64,000 nucleotides of DNA, taken from an uncultured Acidobacteriota bacterium. Lineage in GTDB: Bacteria; Acidobacteriota; Vicinamibacteria; Vicinamibacterales; UBA2999. Each line of letters begins with the position of its first letter. Position 1 is the first letter of the stretch. The notes under the pieces are model-generated. The model was not told the DNA's origin, searched no databases, and worked only from the letters and a program-made list of their open reading frames with translations. Made by a program: the position numbers and the translations under genes. Positions 45,688-56,478 of this stretch are shown in pieces. The stretch lies in assembly GCA_963735875.1 (NCBI GenBank), contig CAVTMO010000007.1, positions 449,783 to 513,782 of the forward strand, given 5' to 3'.

Positions 45688-48231
45688 TTACTCGGCGCGC
45701 AGGGCCAGCAGCGGCTGCGTGGCCGCGGCCCGGCGTGCCGGCAGGTAGCCGGCGGCGAGACCGACCACGGCCAGGACCAGGGTGGCTACGGCCAGCGACC
45801 ACGGGTCGAGCGGCGACAGGCCGAAGAGCTGCGCTTGGGCGGCTCGGCCGATCGCATAGGCGCCGGGCAGGCCGACGGCGATGCCGATCGCAGTCAGGAT
45901 CGCCACGTCGCGCAGTACCAGGTTCAGGACCTCTGGCCGCCCGGCGCCGAGCGCGATGCGGATGCCGATCTCGCGCGTCCGCCGCGCCACCGAATAGCTC
46001 ATGAGCCCGTAGAGACCGATCGCCGCGAGCACCGTCGCCAACGCGCCGAATAGCGTCGACAGCCGGGCCAGCATCCGCTCGACGGCCAGCGAGTTGTCGA
46101 CGGTGGCCGCCATCGTCGTCATGCCGAATACCGGCAGGGTGCGATCGGCCCGTTGCACGGCCTGCCGCGCCAGAGCCGGCAGCGCCCCGGCCGCCGTCGG
46201 CGTCGCCCGCAGGTAGACGGTCATCTCACCCAGCTCTCCCGATTGCGAATACGGCGTGTAGACCACCCGCGGCACGCCGGTCTCGCCCGAGGCCGAGCGG
46301 GCGAGCTCGGCCTCGCCGGGCCGCACCTGCGAGTACTGCGTGTCCTTGACCACGCCCACGATCTCCATCCGCGCCGGGTCGTTCTGCGCGCTGAAGCCGA
46401 AGCGCCGCCCGATCGGGTTCTCGCTGCCGAAGTAGTAGCGGGCGAAGGTCTCGTTGACGATGGCGACATCGGGCGCGCCCATGACGTCGCGATCGGTGAA
46501 ATCGCGGCCGGCGGCGAGCGGAATGCCGAGGGTGGCCAGGTAGCCGGGGCCGACCTCGAGCGTCCACGGGTTCATGTTCTCGCCCTGCTGCGGCTCGTAG
46601 CCCTGCACGCGGATGGTGCGCTGCGAGGCGTTGCCGGTCAGCACGGCCTGGTCGGCGACCGAGGCGCCGGTCACGCCCGGCAGCCCGCGCAGATCGTCGA
46701 GCAGCGCGGCGTAGAGCTGCTTGATCGAGGTTTGCGATCGCCCCGACAGCGACGGATCGAGCGTGAAGCTGACGATGTGGTCGACGTCGAAGCCAGGCCC
46801 GAGTGTCTTGAGGTTGGTGAGGCTGCGGGCGAAGAGGCCGGCGCCAGCGACGAGCAGCGTCGACAGCGCGACCTGGGCCACCACCAGCGTCTTGCGCAGC
46901 CGGGCGTGCTGCACACCACCGCCCGCGGCGCTCGATTCCTCCTTGAGGGCGCGGTTGAGATCCACTGCCGAGCCGCGTAGCGCCGGCGCCAGGCCGAAGA
47001 GCAGAGCGGTGAGCGCCGAGACGACCAGCGTGAAGGTCAGCACCCGCGCGTCGGGGGTGGTAGCCAGTACCACGCCGAACTGATCGAGCGGCAGCACGCC
47101 GACCAGCAGATCGCCGAGCCACGCCGCGACGAGCAGCCCGAATGCGCCGCCGACCGCAGCGACGAGCGCGCTCTCGACCAGCGTCTGCCGCACCAGGCGC
47201 GACCGGCTGGCGCCGATAGCCAGGCGCACGCTCATCTCGCGTTGCCGGCCGGTGGCCCGCGCCAGCATCAGGTTGGCGACGTTGGCGCAGGCGATGAGCA
47301 GCACGAGACCAACCATCCCCATGAGCACAGCTACCGGCGTCGTCAGGTCGCCGCGAATCTGCGACAGCCCACGGGAGGCGTCGTGGAGAGTCAGCTGCTT
47401 GGCGCGGAAGTTCTTCTTGAATTCCTCGGACGAAGCGGCAAATTGCGGTACCGCCTCGAGCTCGTAGGCGTTGATCTGCTGATACCGCACGTCGGCGGCG
47501 GCCTTGGCCTGTTCGCGGGTGACGCGCGGCGCGAGCCGGCCGACGATGTTCAGCCAGCGCGACTGCCGGTCGTCGAAGTCGTCGCGCGTCGGCGTCAGTT
47601 GCGGCTTCATCGTCGTCGGCACGAAGAACGCCGGGTGCTCGTTGGCGAGCACGCCGAAGAAACCGGGTCGGGCCACGCCGATGATCGTCATCGGCGTGGC
47701 GTTGACCACCGCGACCTGTCCGATGACGGCCGGCGAGCGGTTGAAACGGCGCTGCCAGAAGGTGTCGCTCAGCACGATCACCGGATGGCCGCCCTTCACG
47801 ACGTCCTCGGCGGCGGTGAAGAAGCGGCCCAACGCCGGTGTGGCGCCCAGCACCTCGAAGGCGTTGCCCGACACCATCTCGGCGACCACCCGCTCGCCGG
47901 TCTCGCCGACCCGGAACGACACGCTGGCTGGGGCGCGGGCAACCAGCGCGCTGAAGCCGGTGGTGCCCTGCTGTAGCTCGCGGAACATCGGGTGGGAGAA
48001 CGCCCGGTCGAGCGTGGTGCGGCCGCGGAAAGTACCAGGGCCGTCGAGCTGCACGAGCCCGCCCGGGGACTCGACGGCGATGGCGCGCAGTACCACCTGG
48101 TCGAGCAGCGAAAAAATCGCCGTATTGGCGCCGATGCCCAGCGCGAGCGTGAGGACGACGACCGCGGCGAAGCCGGGCGCCCGGCCGAAGGAGCGTAGCG
48201 CGTAGCGTAGGTCCTGCAGCACCGATGCCAT
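45688..48231 (-). CDS. ADOP-family duplicated FtsX/MacB-like permease (intact)
   Basis: N-terminus MASVLQDLRYALRSFGRAPGFAAVVVLTLALGIGANTAIFS. Two FtsX modules, the second ending in YLPARRAAATQPLLALRAE. Confidence 0.85.
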   Translation of the reverse strand: MASVLQDLRYALRSFGRAPGFAAVVVLTLALGIGANTAIFSLLDQVVLRAIAVESPGGLVQLDGPGTFRGRTTLDRAFSHPMFRELQQGTTGFSALVARAPASVSFRVGETGERVVAEMVSGNAFEVLGATPALGRFFTAAEDVVKGGHPVIVLSDTFWQRRFNRSPAVIGQVAVVNATPMTIIGVARPGFFGVLANEHPAFFVPTTMKPQLTPTRDDFDDRQSRWLNIVGRLAPRVTREQAKAAADVRYQQINAYELEAVPQFAASSEEFKKNFRAKQLTLHDASRGLSQIRGDLTTPVAVLMGMVGLVLLIACANVANLMLARATGRQREMSVRLAIGASRSRLVRQTLVESALVAAVGGAFGLLVAAWLGDLLVGVLPLDQFGVVLATTPDARVLTFTLVVSALTALLFGLAPALRGSAVDLNRALKEESSAAGGGVQHARLRKTLVVAQVALSTLLVAGAGLFARSLTNLKTLGPGFDVDHIVSFTLDPSLSGRSQTSIKQLYAALLDDLRGLPGVTGASVADQAVLTGNASQRTIRVQGYEPQQGENMNPWTLEVGPGYLATLGIPLAAGRDFTDRDVMGAPDVAIVNETFARYYFGSENPIGRRFGFSAQNDPARMEIVGVVKDTQYSQVRPGEAELARSASGETGVPRVVYTPYSQSGELGEMTVYLRATPTAAGALPALARQAVQRADRTLPVFGMTTMAATVDNSLAVERMLARLSTLFGALATVLAAIGLYGLMSYSVARRTREIGIRIALGAGRPEVLNLVLRDVAILTAIGIAVGLPGAYAIGRAAQAQLFGLSPLDPWSLAVATLVLAVVGLAAGYLPARRAAATQPLLALRAE

Positions 48232-48405
48232 GTGAAGCCCTCGCCACATCACACAGGCGAAGTCTGTGCCAGGAACCCCGCCTTGGAAGACGCGAGTCAG
48301 CGCCGGATTCGACGCGTTGCGTTCCAAGGCGCCGCGACCGGTGTCCGAGGATGCATCGAGGTGTCCGCCTCTGGGACGCCACCTGCGCGCAGCCTAGAAT
48401 GCAGC

Positions 48406-48972
48406 ATGCTTCCCGAAGGCTTGCAGCGGCTCATCAGCGAGATCGCGGCTGCCGAAGCCGACGCCCGAGCCCTGAGCGCACAGCTCAGCGACGCGCAGGC
48501 CAACTGGCAGCCGGGTGGCGGCGCTGGCTGGAGCGTGGCGCAGTGCCTGGAGCATCTCGCCATCAGCAACGGCGTCTACGCATCGCACTTCCTGCCGGTG
48601 GCGGAGCGGGCCCGAGCCGACGGCGCCGGCCGGTTCACCGGGCTGCACCCGACGTGGATCGGCCGCTGGTTCGCCCGCTCGATGGAGCCGCCGCCACGCC
48701 AGAAGATCACGACGTTCAAGAACCTGGTGCCGCCGTCGTCGATCCCGCTGGCGAGGGCGCTGGCCGACTACCTGGCGAGCCACGACCGCTATCGCGAGCT
48801 CGTCGACGTGGCCGCCGCCGTGGACGCTGACCGCGTCGTCACCGCGAATCCGTTCATTCGCGGCATCCGGATGCGCCTCTCGACGGCGCTGCTGGTCGTG
48901 CCCGCGCACGACCGCCGGCATCTGTGGCAGGCGCGGCAGGTGCTGGCCGCCCCCGGGTTCCCGGCGCCGTAG
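48406..48972 (+). CDS. DinB-family (four-helix bundle) protein
   Basis: WSVAQCLEHLAISN and VVPAHDRRHLWQARQV are consistent with the DinB_2 His triad pattern. The start is taken at the ATG at 48406. Confidence 0.6.
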   Translation: MLPEGLQRLISEIAAAEADARALSAQLSDAQANWQPGGGAGWSVAQCLEHLAISNGVYASHFLPVAERARADGAGRFTGLHPTWIGRWFARSMEPPPRQKITTFKNLVPPSSIPLARALADYLASHDRYRELVDVAAAVDADRVVTANPFIRGIRMRLSTALLVVPAHDRRHLWQARQVLAAPGFPAP

Positions 48973-48985
48973 TGCGCGCGCCCGG

Positions 48986-50354
48986 CTACTGCGGCGTCGG
49001 CGCCGCCGGGTGGACGTGCCAGGTGAAGCTGGTGAACATCATCTCCTCCCAGGTCTGATCGCCCCACCAGACGTCGTTGGTGGCGTCGGGATTCGACTTG
49101 TTCGCCGGCGAGTTGTCGTACCAGGCCGAGGCCTTGATCGTCGTGCCGGCCGGCAGCTCGATCGGCTGCGCGAACTGGTACTCGTGCTGCCACTCGAAGT
49201 CGTAGTTGGGCACCGAGAGCAGCGGCTTGAGCGTGCCGTCGGGCAGGACGGTCTCGTACTGCCAACGGACGCCGCGGACATGAGTGTGCGGCGTCATGCT
49301 GAAGAGCAGCAGGTCGCGATTGAGCGTCATCTCGGCGTCGACGCGGTGATTGGCGACGCCGGCCGGGATGTGCAGCGAGCCGTTGACGAGCGCCGTGCCG
49401 CCGAGCGGCATCGCCGGCGGCTCCTTGGCGAAGACGAGGCCCATGCGCGTGCGATCGGTGGTCGCTTTGCCGATCGGCGTGTAGTGCATCTGGAACACCA
49501 GCGACGTGCCCTTGGGCAGCCGCATCGCCGTGCCGTCCGGGTAGACCCGCGTGCCGTTGCCCGGGACGAAGCCGCCGAGCGACCCGGTGGTGCCGCGCGG
49601 CCGCGGCCGGGCATTGGCGTAGGCGGGCTTGCGCTGGTCCTCGGGCAGTGCCTTGCCGCCGGTCTGACCGGCCGGGATCTCCATGCCCTCGGCGAAGGTC
49701 ACCACGCCACGCGGCCGGGGTCGCGCCGGCGCGCCGGCCGCGGGCGCCGGCGGTCCTGCGGCGGACGCATATAGACGATCACGTGGTGCACGACCGCGGG
49801 GTTGCCGGGGCGCACTTCCCAGGCCTTGACCCACCGGTCTTCGTCGTAGTTGGCGGGCACTTCGAAGTAGACGTACGGGACCGTCCCGCTCTCGGGAATC
49901 GGGTAGTCCTCCTGCATCTCGAGCACGGCGTCGGGCTGGCCGATGTTCCAGCCCGTGGTGTACTCGGCGCCGGCGGTAGGTCGCTGGCGTCGCCCTCGGG
50001 CGCACCGGCCTCGACCCAGCGGGCGATGGTCGTCTTCTGCTCCGGCGTCAGCCGCCGCTCGTTGGAGAAGTGGCCGATGGCCGGGTCGGCGTGCCACGGC
50101 GGCATCGTGCCGGCCTTCACCTGCGTGGCGATGGCGCGGGCCCAGGGCCGGGCGTCCTTGTAGGTGAGCAGCGACATCGGCGCCACTTCGCCGGGACGAT
50201 GGCAGGTCGTGCACTGCGCGAAGAAGATCGGGGCGACGTCGCGCGTGAAGGTCGGCGCGGCGGCGGCCGATGCCTGGGCCGCGGCCCGATCGGCACCGAG
50301 GAGGACGGGGACGAGCACGACCACAACGGCGAGTCTCATCCGCATGAGCGCCAT
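48986..50354 (-). pseudogene. Cytochrome c domain fused to a PHM/DBH-like copper monooxygenase-like domain, 2 frameshifts
   Basis: Signal peptide, heme motif CTTCHRPG, then PAVVHHVIVY and TPHTHVRG His clusters and NYDFEWQ. The frames change near 49980 and 49745. Confidence 0.55.
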
Positions 50355-50380
50355 TATGCGCCTGTCGCTGGGCCGGCGAC

Positions 50381-51663
50381 CTTACCGGGCGGCCTTCAGC
50401 GTGCATCCAGCGGCCGAGCCGCGCCAGCCCCTCGGTGATGCTGCCGGTGTTGGTCACGAGCGGCCCGAACGAGATGCGGACGCCGTTGGCAATCGACGGG
50501 CCGAACCCTCGCCCGGGCACGACCAGCACGCCGGTGGCCTTGAGCGCCTCGGGCACGAACTGGTCGGCGTCGCGCCCGACGTCCACCACCGTGTAGAGCC
50601 CGCCCGCCGGGACCAGCCGCGGCCGGCCGAGATGCTCGTCGATGGCGGCGATGGTGACCCGCGCCGCCTCGCGTAGAGGCGGTTGGCCTGGTCGACGTAA
50701 CGGCGGAGCGACCCGTCGTCGATGGCGCCGGACAGATACCGCGCCATCGCCATCTGCGACAACGTGTCGGGACACAGGATGCTGCACTGCTGCACGCGCT
50801 CGATGGCGTCGATCACCGGCGTCGCGGCTTCAATCCAACCCAGCCGCCGTCCCAGGCCGCGCGCCCACTTCGAGTTCGAATGGATGCCGACGACGTTGGG
50901 ATGGTCGGCAGGCGACCAGCCGTAGTAGGCCGGTGGCGCCTGGAAGTACTGGCATTTGTAGGCAAAGTCGATGGCCAGCCACGGATCCGGCCGCCGCCGT
51001 GCGCTCGAGCATCAGCTCGGCCAGCGCGTGCGGCACGACCTGGCTCGTCGGGTTGTCGGGTGCGCCGAAGAGCACCAGCTTCGGCCGGTGCTGTTCGAAG
51101 AGCCGGATGAAGTCGCGGGCGACGCCGTCGGGATCCGCGACCGGGCGATACGTCCACGTCGCCGGGTCGAGGACCGGCAGTCGCACGATCCGCGCGCCCG
51201 GCGCCACGAAGGCGAGCTGGCCCTCGTAGTTGGCGTAGGTGGGATCGAGCAGCATCACCGTGTCGCCGGGATCGACCAGCGTGCGGAAGAGATCGTGGGT
51301 GAGCTGGGTGCTGCCCAGGCCGATGGCGACGTGCTCGGGGCCGAGCCGCGGCACGCCGAAGAGGTGCGCCTCGAAGCGGGCGATCTGCTCGCGGCAAGCC
51401 AGGTCGCCGAGCGTGGCGGTGTAGGCACCGCTACGGTGGAAGGTCTCGGGATCGCTGACGATGTCCTGATACGCTCGTCGGAACTCGTCCGGCGCGGCGT
51501 GGTTCACCCAGCCGCCGCCAAACGAGATGACGTCGTCGGGGTTCAGCCCCATCGCCAGGATGTTCTGGCGCTCCGCCATCTTCATGATCTGGCGGATCGG
51601 GGAGGGCGAGCCGAGTTGCGCCTGGACGAGGCCCGAGAGCGGCAAGGGAGTCGTAGGAGCCAT
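50381..51663 (-). pseudogene. Class I/II PLP-dependent aminotransferase, 2-3 frameshifts
   Basis: N-terminal frame up to about 50995. The middle frame carries HSNSKWARGLGRRLGW (PLP Lys region). The C-terminal frame carries GVRISFGP. The 3' boundary is approximate because no in-frame stop was found. Confidence 0.6.
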
Positions 51664-51746
51664 CGCCGAATTGTAGGCGAGCCCCAGTCGCCGAGCTCGA
51701 GCGGCAACCTTACGCGCCGCGGCCCGTCCAACCGCCCGAGGTACCC

Positions 51747-54218
51747 ATGACGCTGAGCGGCATCAGGCAGGACGTCACGGTCGGCATACGCGGACTGCTG
51801 CGCAGCCCCGGGTTCGCGGCCGCGGCGCTCGTCACGTTGGCGTTGGGCATCGGCGCCACCTCGGCCATCTTCACGGTCGTCAGGGCGGTGCTGCTGCGCC
51901 GCTGCCTTACAGCGAGCCCGACCGGCGGGTGATGATCTGGAGCCGCTGGATCAGCTTCGACAAGACCTGGCTGTCGGATCAGGAGACTCTTCGACTACCG
52001 CCGCCTCTCGCGCACCCTCACGGCCGTGGCCGGCTGGGACACGGCGCAGCAGAACCTCACCGGCGACGGCGAGCCGGTGCGCGTCGGCGTCGGCCGCGTC
52101 ACCGCCAACACGTTCGACGTCCTGGGCGCGACCCCGCTCCTCGGCCGGGTGATCGCCGCGGCCGAGGATCGGCCCAACGCCGCCCCCGTCGCCGTGCTCG
52201 GGCTACGGGCTGTGGCAGACCCGCTACGGCGGCGACCCGGCGATCGTCGGCCGGCGCGTGCTCCTCAACGAGGTGCCGGTCGAAGTGGTGGGCGTCATGC
52301 CGCAAGGCTTCCGCCTGCCGACCGACTTCACCGAGGAGGCGGCCGAGCCCACCGAGTTGTGGCGGCCGCTGCAGCTCGACGAGGCCGAATGCCGAGCGCG
52401 GCTCGCACGGCTACTACGCGGCGGCGACGCTCGCTCCTGGCCAGACGGTCGCCAGCGCCTCGGCCGAACTGCAGTCGCTCACCGCCGCGATGACCGACCA
52501 GGGGCTCTATCCCGCCGAGATGCGTTTCTCGGCCTTCGCCACCGGTCTCGACGACGAGATCCGCGGCGGCATCCGGCCGGCGTTGTGGCTGCTGATGGGC
52601 GCCGTCGCCTGCCTGCTGCTCATCGCCTGCGCCAACGTCGCCAACCTGTTGCTGGTGCGCGGCGACGCCCGCGTGCGCGAGATGGCCGTGCGCTCGGCCG
52701 TGGGCGCGTCCACCGATCGCCTGGTGCGCCAGCTGCTGACCGAGAGCGTCGTGCTCGCCGTGGTCGGCGCCGGGCTGGGCCTGGCGGTCGCCGCCCTCGG
52801 CCTGCGGACGCTCGTCGCGCTCGACCCCACCAGCCTGCCGCCGCTCACGCCGGTGCGAGTCGATTGGACGGTGGTCGGGTTCACCGTGGTCGTCGCCGTG
52901 ACGACGACGCTGCTGTTCGGGCTCGTCCCGGCGCTGCGGACATTGCGCGTGAACCTGGTCGAGTCGCTGCGTGAAGGGTCGCAGCAGGCCACCGCCGGCG
53001 CCGCCCGGCAGCGCCTGCGCGGCGCGCTCGTGGTCGCCGAGGTCTCGCTGGCGGTCGTCCTGGTGATCGGCGCCGGCCTGATGGGCCGCAGCCTGGCCGC
53101 GCTGGGGCGCGTGCCGCTCGGATTCGATCCCGAGGGCGTGCTGACGATGCGGCTCGCTCTGCCGCAGGCCCGCTACGACACTCCGGAGAAGGTGGTGAAC
53201 TTCTACCGCCAGCTGGTCGAGCGCGTCCGGACGCTGCCCGGCGTCGAGGCCGCCGGCGTGGTGCGGGCGCTGCCGCTGGCGACGACGATCGGCGACTGGG
53301 GCCTCGACATCGACGGCTACCAGGAGTCGCCCGGCCGCGACGCCAAGGGCGACTGGCAGATCGTGACCGACGGCGCCTTCGAGGCGATGGGCGCCCGGCT
53401 GGTGCGCGGGCGCTGGTTCACGGCGGCCGATACTTCGAGCGTCGCAGCCGGTGATGGTCGTCAACGAGACGATGGCCCGCACCTACTGGCCCAACGGCGA
53501 GGCGATCGGCGGCCGGGTCGTGGTCGGCGGCGGCGGCATGAACGTGATCGACAAGCCGACCCCGGTCGTGGTCGGCATCGTCGCCGACGAGCGCCACAAC
53601 GGCGTCACCGCCGCGTCAAGGAGAAGTTCTTCGTGCCGCACAGCCAGTGGCACCTGGTGACCAACGGCAACTTGATCCGCAACGCGTTCGTCGTGGTGCG
53701 GATGCCCGGCAATCCGCTGGCCGCCGCCTCGCCGGTGCGGGCCATCATCCGCGACCTCGATCCGTCCTTGCCGGTGGCCGCCGTGCGGCCGATGACCGAC
53801 GTCGTCGCCACGGCGCTGGCCACGCCGCGGCTGACCGGCTTCCTGCTCGGCACGTTCGCCGCGATCGCGTCGGCGCTGGCCGTGATCGGACTCTACGGCG
53901 TGCTGTCCTACCTGGTGGCCCGGCGCACGCACGAGATCGGCATCCGCATGGCGATGGGCGCCGATCGCGGCCAGGTGCTCGGGATGATCGTGCGACGGGG
54001 CGTGGCGCTCGCCGCCGTCGGCGATCGTCGTCGGCCTGGCCGCCGCGCTGGCGATGTCCCGGCTGGTGCGGGGCCTGCTCTACGACGTGACCGCCACCGA
54101 TCCGGTCACCTTCGTGCTGGTGCCGATCGGGCTGCTGCTCGTGGCCGTCGTGGCCAGCCTCGTGCCGGCGATGCGGGCGGTGCGGGTCAGCCCGCTGGTG
54201 GCGCTGCGGTCGGAGTAG
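51747..54218 (+). pseudogene. ADOP-family duplicated FtsX permease, at least 7 frameshifts
   Basis: Recognisable ADOP sequence from MTLSGIRQDVTVGIRGLLRSPGFAAAALVTLALGIGATSAIF to VSPLVALRSE. The frame switches near 51895, 51990, 52200, 52385, 53440, 53615 and 54020. Confidence 0.7.
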
Positions 54219-54320
54219 CCCGCCGGGGTCTGCCGGTGGAGCTCTGGGCGGCTCGTCCTTCCGCAGGAGCCCTGTCCTCCCCAGCCGCTCGAAGAGCTGC
54301 CGACGACGTCTCGACCACAC

Positions 54321-54346
54321 GTAGGGCAGAGCTTCTCAGCTCTGCC
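54321..54346. repeat. REP-like hairpin repeat
   Basis: GTAGGGCAGAGCTTCTCAGCTCTGCC, the same family as the other loci but with a 2-nt larger loop. Confidence 0.8.
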
Positions 54347-54350
54347 TCCG

Positions 54351-54560
54351 CCGGGCGTCGCGCGCCGTCCGCAGCATCGCCTCCATCGGCGGCACGTCGG
54401 TCGCGTCGGCCGCGGCGAGGAACATCGCGGTGGTGGCCACGACGGTGGGCCACGTAGCCCGTCGTCACCGCGCTCACCTTGTCGATGGTGTCGAGGTTGG
54501 TGAGGCCAAGTCGATCGCGTCGAACACACCCGCCACGCCGAAGTGAGCGTGCGGAGGGTG
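54351..54560 (-). pseudogene. Remnant of the 3' part of an M28-peptidase paralog
   Basis: 54351-54502 aligns to 58458-58608 with about 8 substitutions and one 1-nt indel (manual alignment). Further weak protein-level similarity (HAHFGVAGV versus HTSFTKAGV) extends to about 54560. Confidence 0.7.
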
Positions 54561-54579
54561 ACCGGCGGAGGCTCGCCTA

Positions 54580-54585
54580 TATAAT
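54580..54585 (+). promoter_or_regulatory. Candidate -10 box (TATAAT) for a leaderless amidase transcript
   Basis: A perfect TATAAT lies within CCTATATAATCCGCGCGTGATGG, 6 nt before GTG 54592 and 9 nt before ATG 54595. No Shine-Dalgarno sequence in between. Confidence 0.35.
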
Positions 54586-54594
54586 CCGCGCGTG

Positions 54595-56352
54595 ATGGCA
54601 CTCGACGACACGCGCCGCCGCTTCCTCGCCACTTGCACAAGCCTCGGACTTGGCGGCACGCTGGCCCCTGGTGTCCTCTGGGCACGCCTGCAGGACGCCG
54701 GCACCGACCGGGTCACGCTGGCGATGGTCACCGAGGCCCTGGCGCTTTCGGGCATCGAGCTCGCTGAAGAAGATCGCCAGGCCCTGGTCGACAGCGCCAA
54801 CACCAACCTCGAGCGGCTCGAGGAACTGCGCGCGCTGCACATTCCCAACGACGTCTCGCCGCCGTATCACTTCAGCCCCGTCGTGCCGGGGATGACCGTG
54901 GACAAGGCGCGGCGCCCGTGGGTGATGAGCAAGGCCCCAGGACTGCGACGCCCGGCCAACCTCGAGGAGGCGGCCTTCTGGCCGGTGCGGCACCTGGCCG
55001 AGCTCGTCCGCACGAAGCAGGTGACGTCGGTGGAGCTGACGCGCATGTTCCTGGCGCGCCTCCATCGCTTCAATGCCCGGCTGAACAACGTCGTCACGTT
55101 CCTCGACGACCACGGACTGGCCGAAGCGGCCAGCGCCGATCGCGAGATCGCTGCCGGACGCTACAAGGGCCCGCTGCACGGCATCCCCTGGGGCTGCAAG
55201 GACATCATCACGGTCAAGGGCTTCAAGACCACGTGGGGATCGCCGGCCTTCGCCACGCAGCAGTTCGACTACGACGCCAGCGTGGTGGAGATGCTGCGCG
55301 ACGCCGGCGCCGTGCTCATCGCCAAGCTCGCCAGCGGAGAGCTCGCGGCCGGTGACAACTGGTTCGGCGGCCAGACCAAGAGCCCATGGGACCCCACCCA
55401 GGGCTCCAGCGGATCGTCGGCAGGACCGGCGTCGGCGACCGCTGCCGGCGGCGTGGCCTTCGCGATTGGCAGCGAGACGAGCGGATCGATCCTGAGCCCC
55501 GCCGCCCGGTGCGGGGTGGTCGGCCTGCGCCCGACCTTCGGCCGCATCAGCCGCCACGGCGCGATGGCGCTGTCGTGGACGCAGGATCGGCTGGGGCCGT
55601 TCTGCCGCCACGCCGAGGACTGCGCGCTGGTGATGCAGGCGGTCGCCAAACCCGACGGCCGCGACATGAGCGTGACCGACCTGCCCTTCAACTGGAACGC
55701 CGGTCTCGACGTACGCACGTTGCGCGTGGGCGTCCTCCAGGCGTCGTTCGACGAGCTCACCGAGCCGGCGGCGAAGGCCAATGCGGCGGCGACGCTCGAG
55801 GCGCTGCGAGCGCTCGGCGTGAAGGACTTCGCGCCCGTGCCGGTAGCGGACTTCACGCTCGACGTCAGCGCCATCGGCGTGGAGTCGGCGGCCTTCTTCG
55901 ACGAGCACGCACGCGCCGGCCGCATGGCCAAGGCGCGCAACGGCGGACGTCCCAGCGGTCGGCTCGTGTCGGCAGTGGACTTTCTGCAGGCGCAGCGCGC
56001 GCGGATGATGATGATGGAGGAGCTTGCGAAAGCCACTGCGCACGTGGACGTCTACGTCGTCGCCTCGAACAGCATCGGTCGAGGCGGGCCGGGTGGTCCG
56101 CCGGCGCGTGCGCCGGGCACCCCGCGTCCGCCGCGGCTCCCGCAGCCCCCTGGTCAGCGGCACTTCCAGATGGCCAACCTGGCGTGCTACCCGGCCGTGA
56201 ACGTGCCGAACGGCTTCACCGACGGCGGGACGCCGACGAGCATCGTGTTCTACGCGCAGCCATACCGCGAGCTGGAACTGCTGGCGCTGGCGCGCGCTTA
56301 TCAGGACGCCGCCAAATGGCACACGCGCCGGCCCGCGGCGCTCGCCCCCTGA
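54595..56352 (+). CDS. Amidase-signature family amidase with Tat signal
   Basis: TRRRFLATCTSLGLGG twin-arginine signal. GIPWGCKDII (catalytic Lys region). GSSGSSAG...GSETSGSIL signature. Confidence 0.85.
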   Translation: MALDDTRRRFLATCTSLGLGGTLAPGVLWARLQDAGTDRVTLAMVTEALALSGIELAEEDRQALVDSANTNLERLEELRALHIPNDVSPPYHFSPVVPGMTVDKARRPWVMSKAPGLRRPANLEEAAFWPVRHLAELVRTKQVTSVELTRMFLARLHRFNARLNNVVTFLDDHGLAEAASADREIAAGRYKGPLHGIPWGCKDIITVKGFKTTWGSPAFATQQFDYDASVVEMLRDAGAVLIAKLASGELAAGDNWFGGQTKSPWDPTQGSSGSSAGPASATAAGGVAFAIGSETSGSILSPAARCGVVGLRPTFGRISRHGAMALSWTQDRLGPFCRHAEDCALVMQAVAKPDGRDMSVTDLPFNWNAGLDVRTLRVGVLQASFDELTEPAAKANAAATLEALRALGVKDFAPVPVADFTLDVSAIGVESAAFFDEHARAGRMAKARNGGRPSGRLVSAVDFLQAQRARMMMMEELAKATAHVDVYVVASNSIGRGGPGGPPARAPGTPRPPRLPQPPGQRHFQMANLACYPAVNVPNGFTDGGTPTSIVFYAQPYRELELLALARAYQDAAKWHTRRPAALAP

Positions 56353-56478
56353 GCACGTGGCCGCGACCGCAACGGCGGCCGCCGCGGCTTCCTGGTGTCC
56401 CTCGACCCAAGGCGGCGGCCGGCGTGTTGCAGGCCCGCCGGCGGACGTCGCGGTCGTGCCCGGAGAGCGCTAGAGGCA

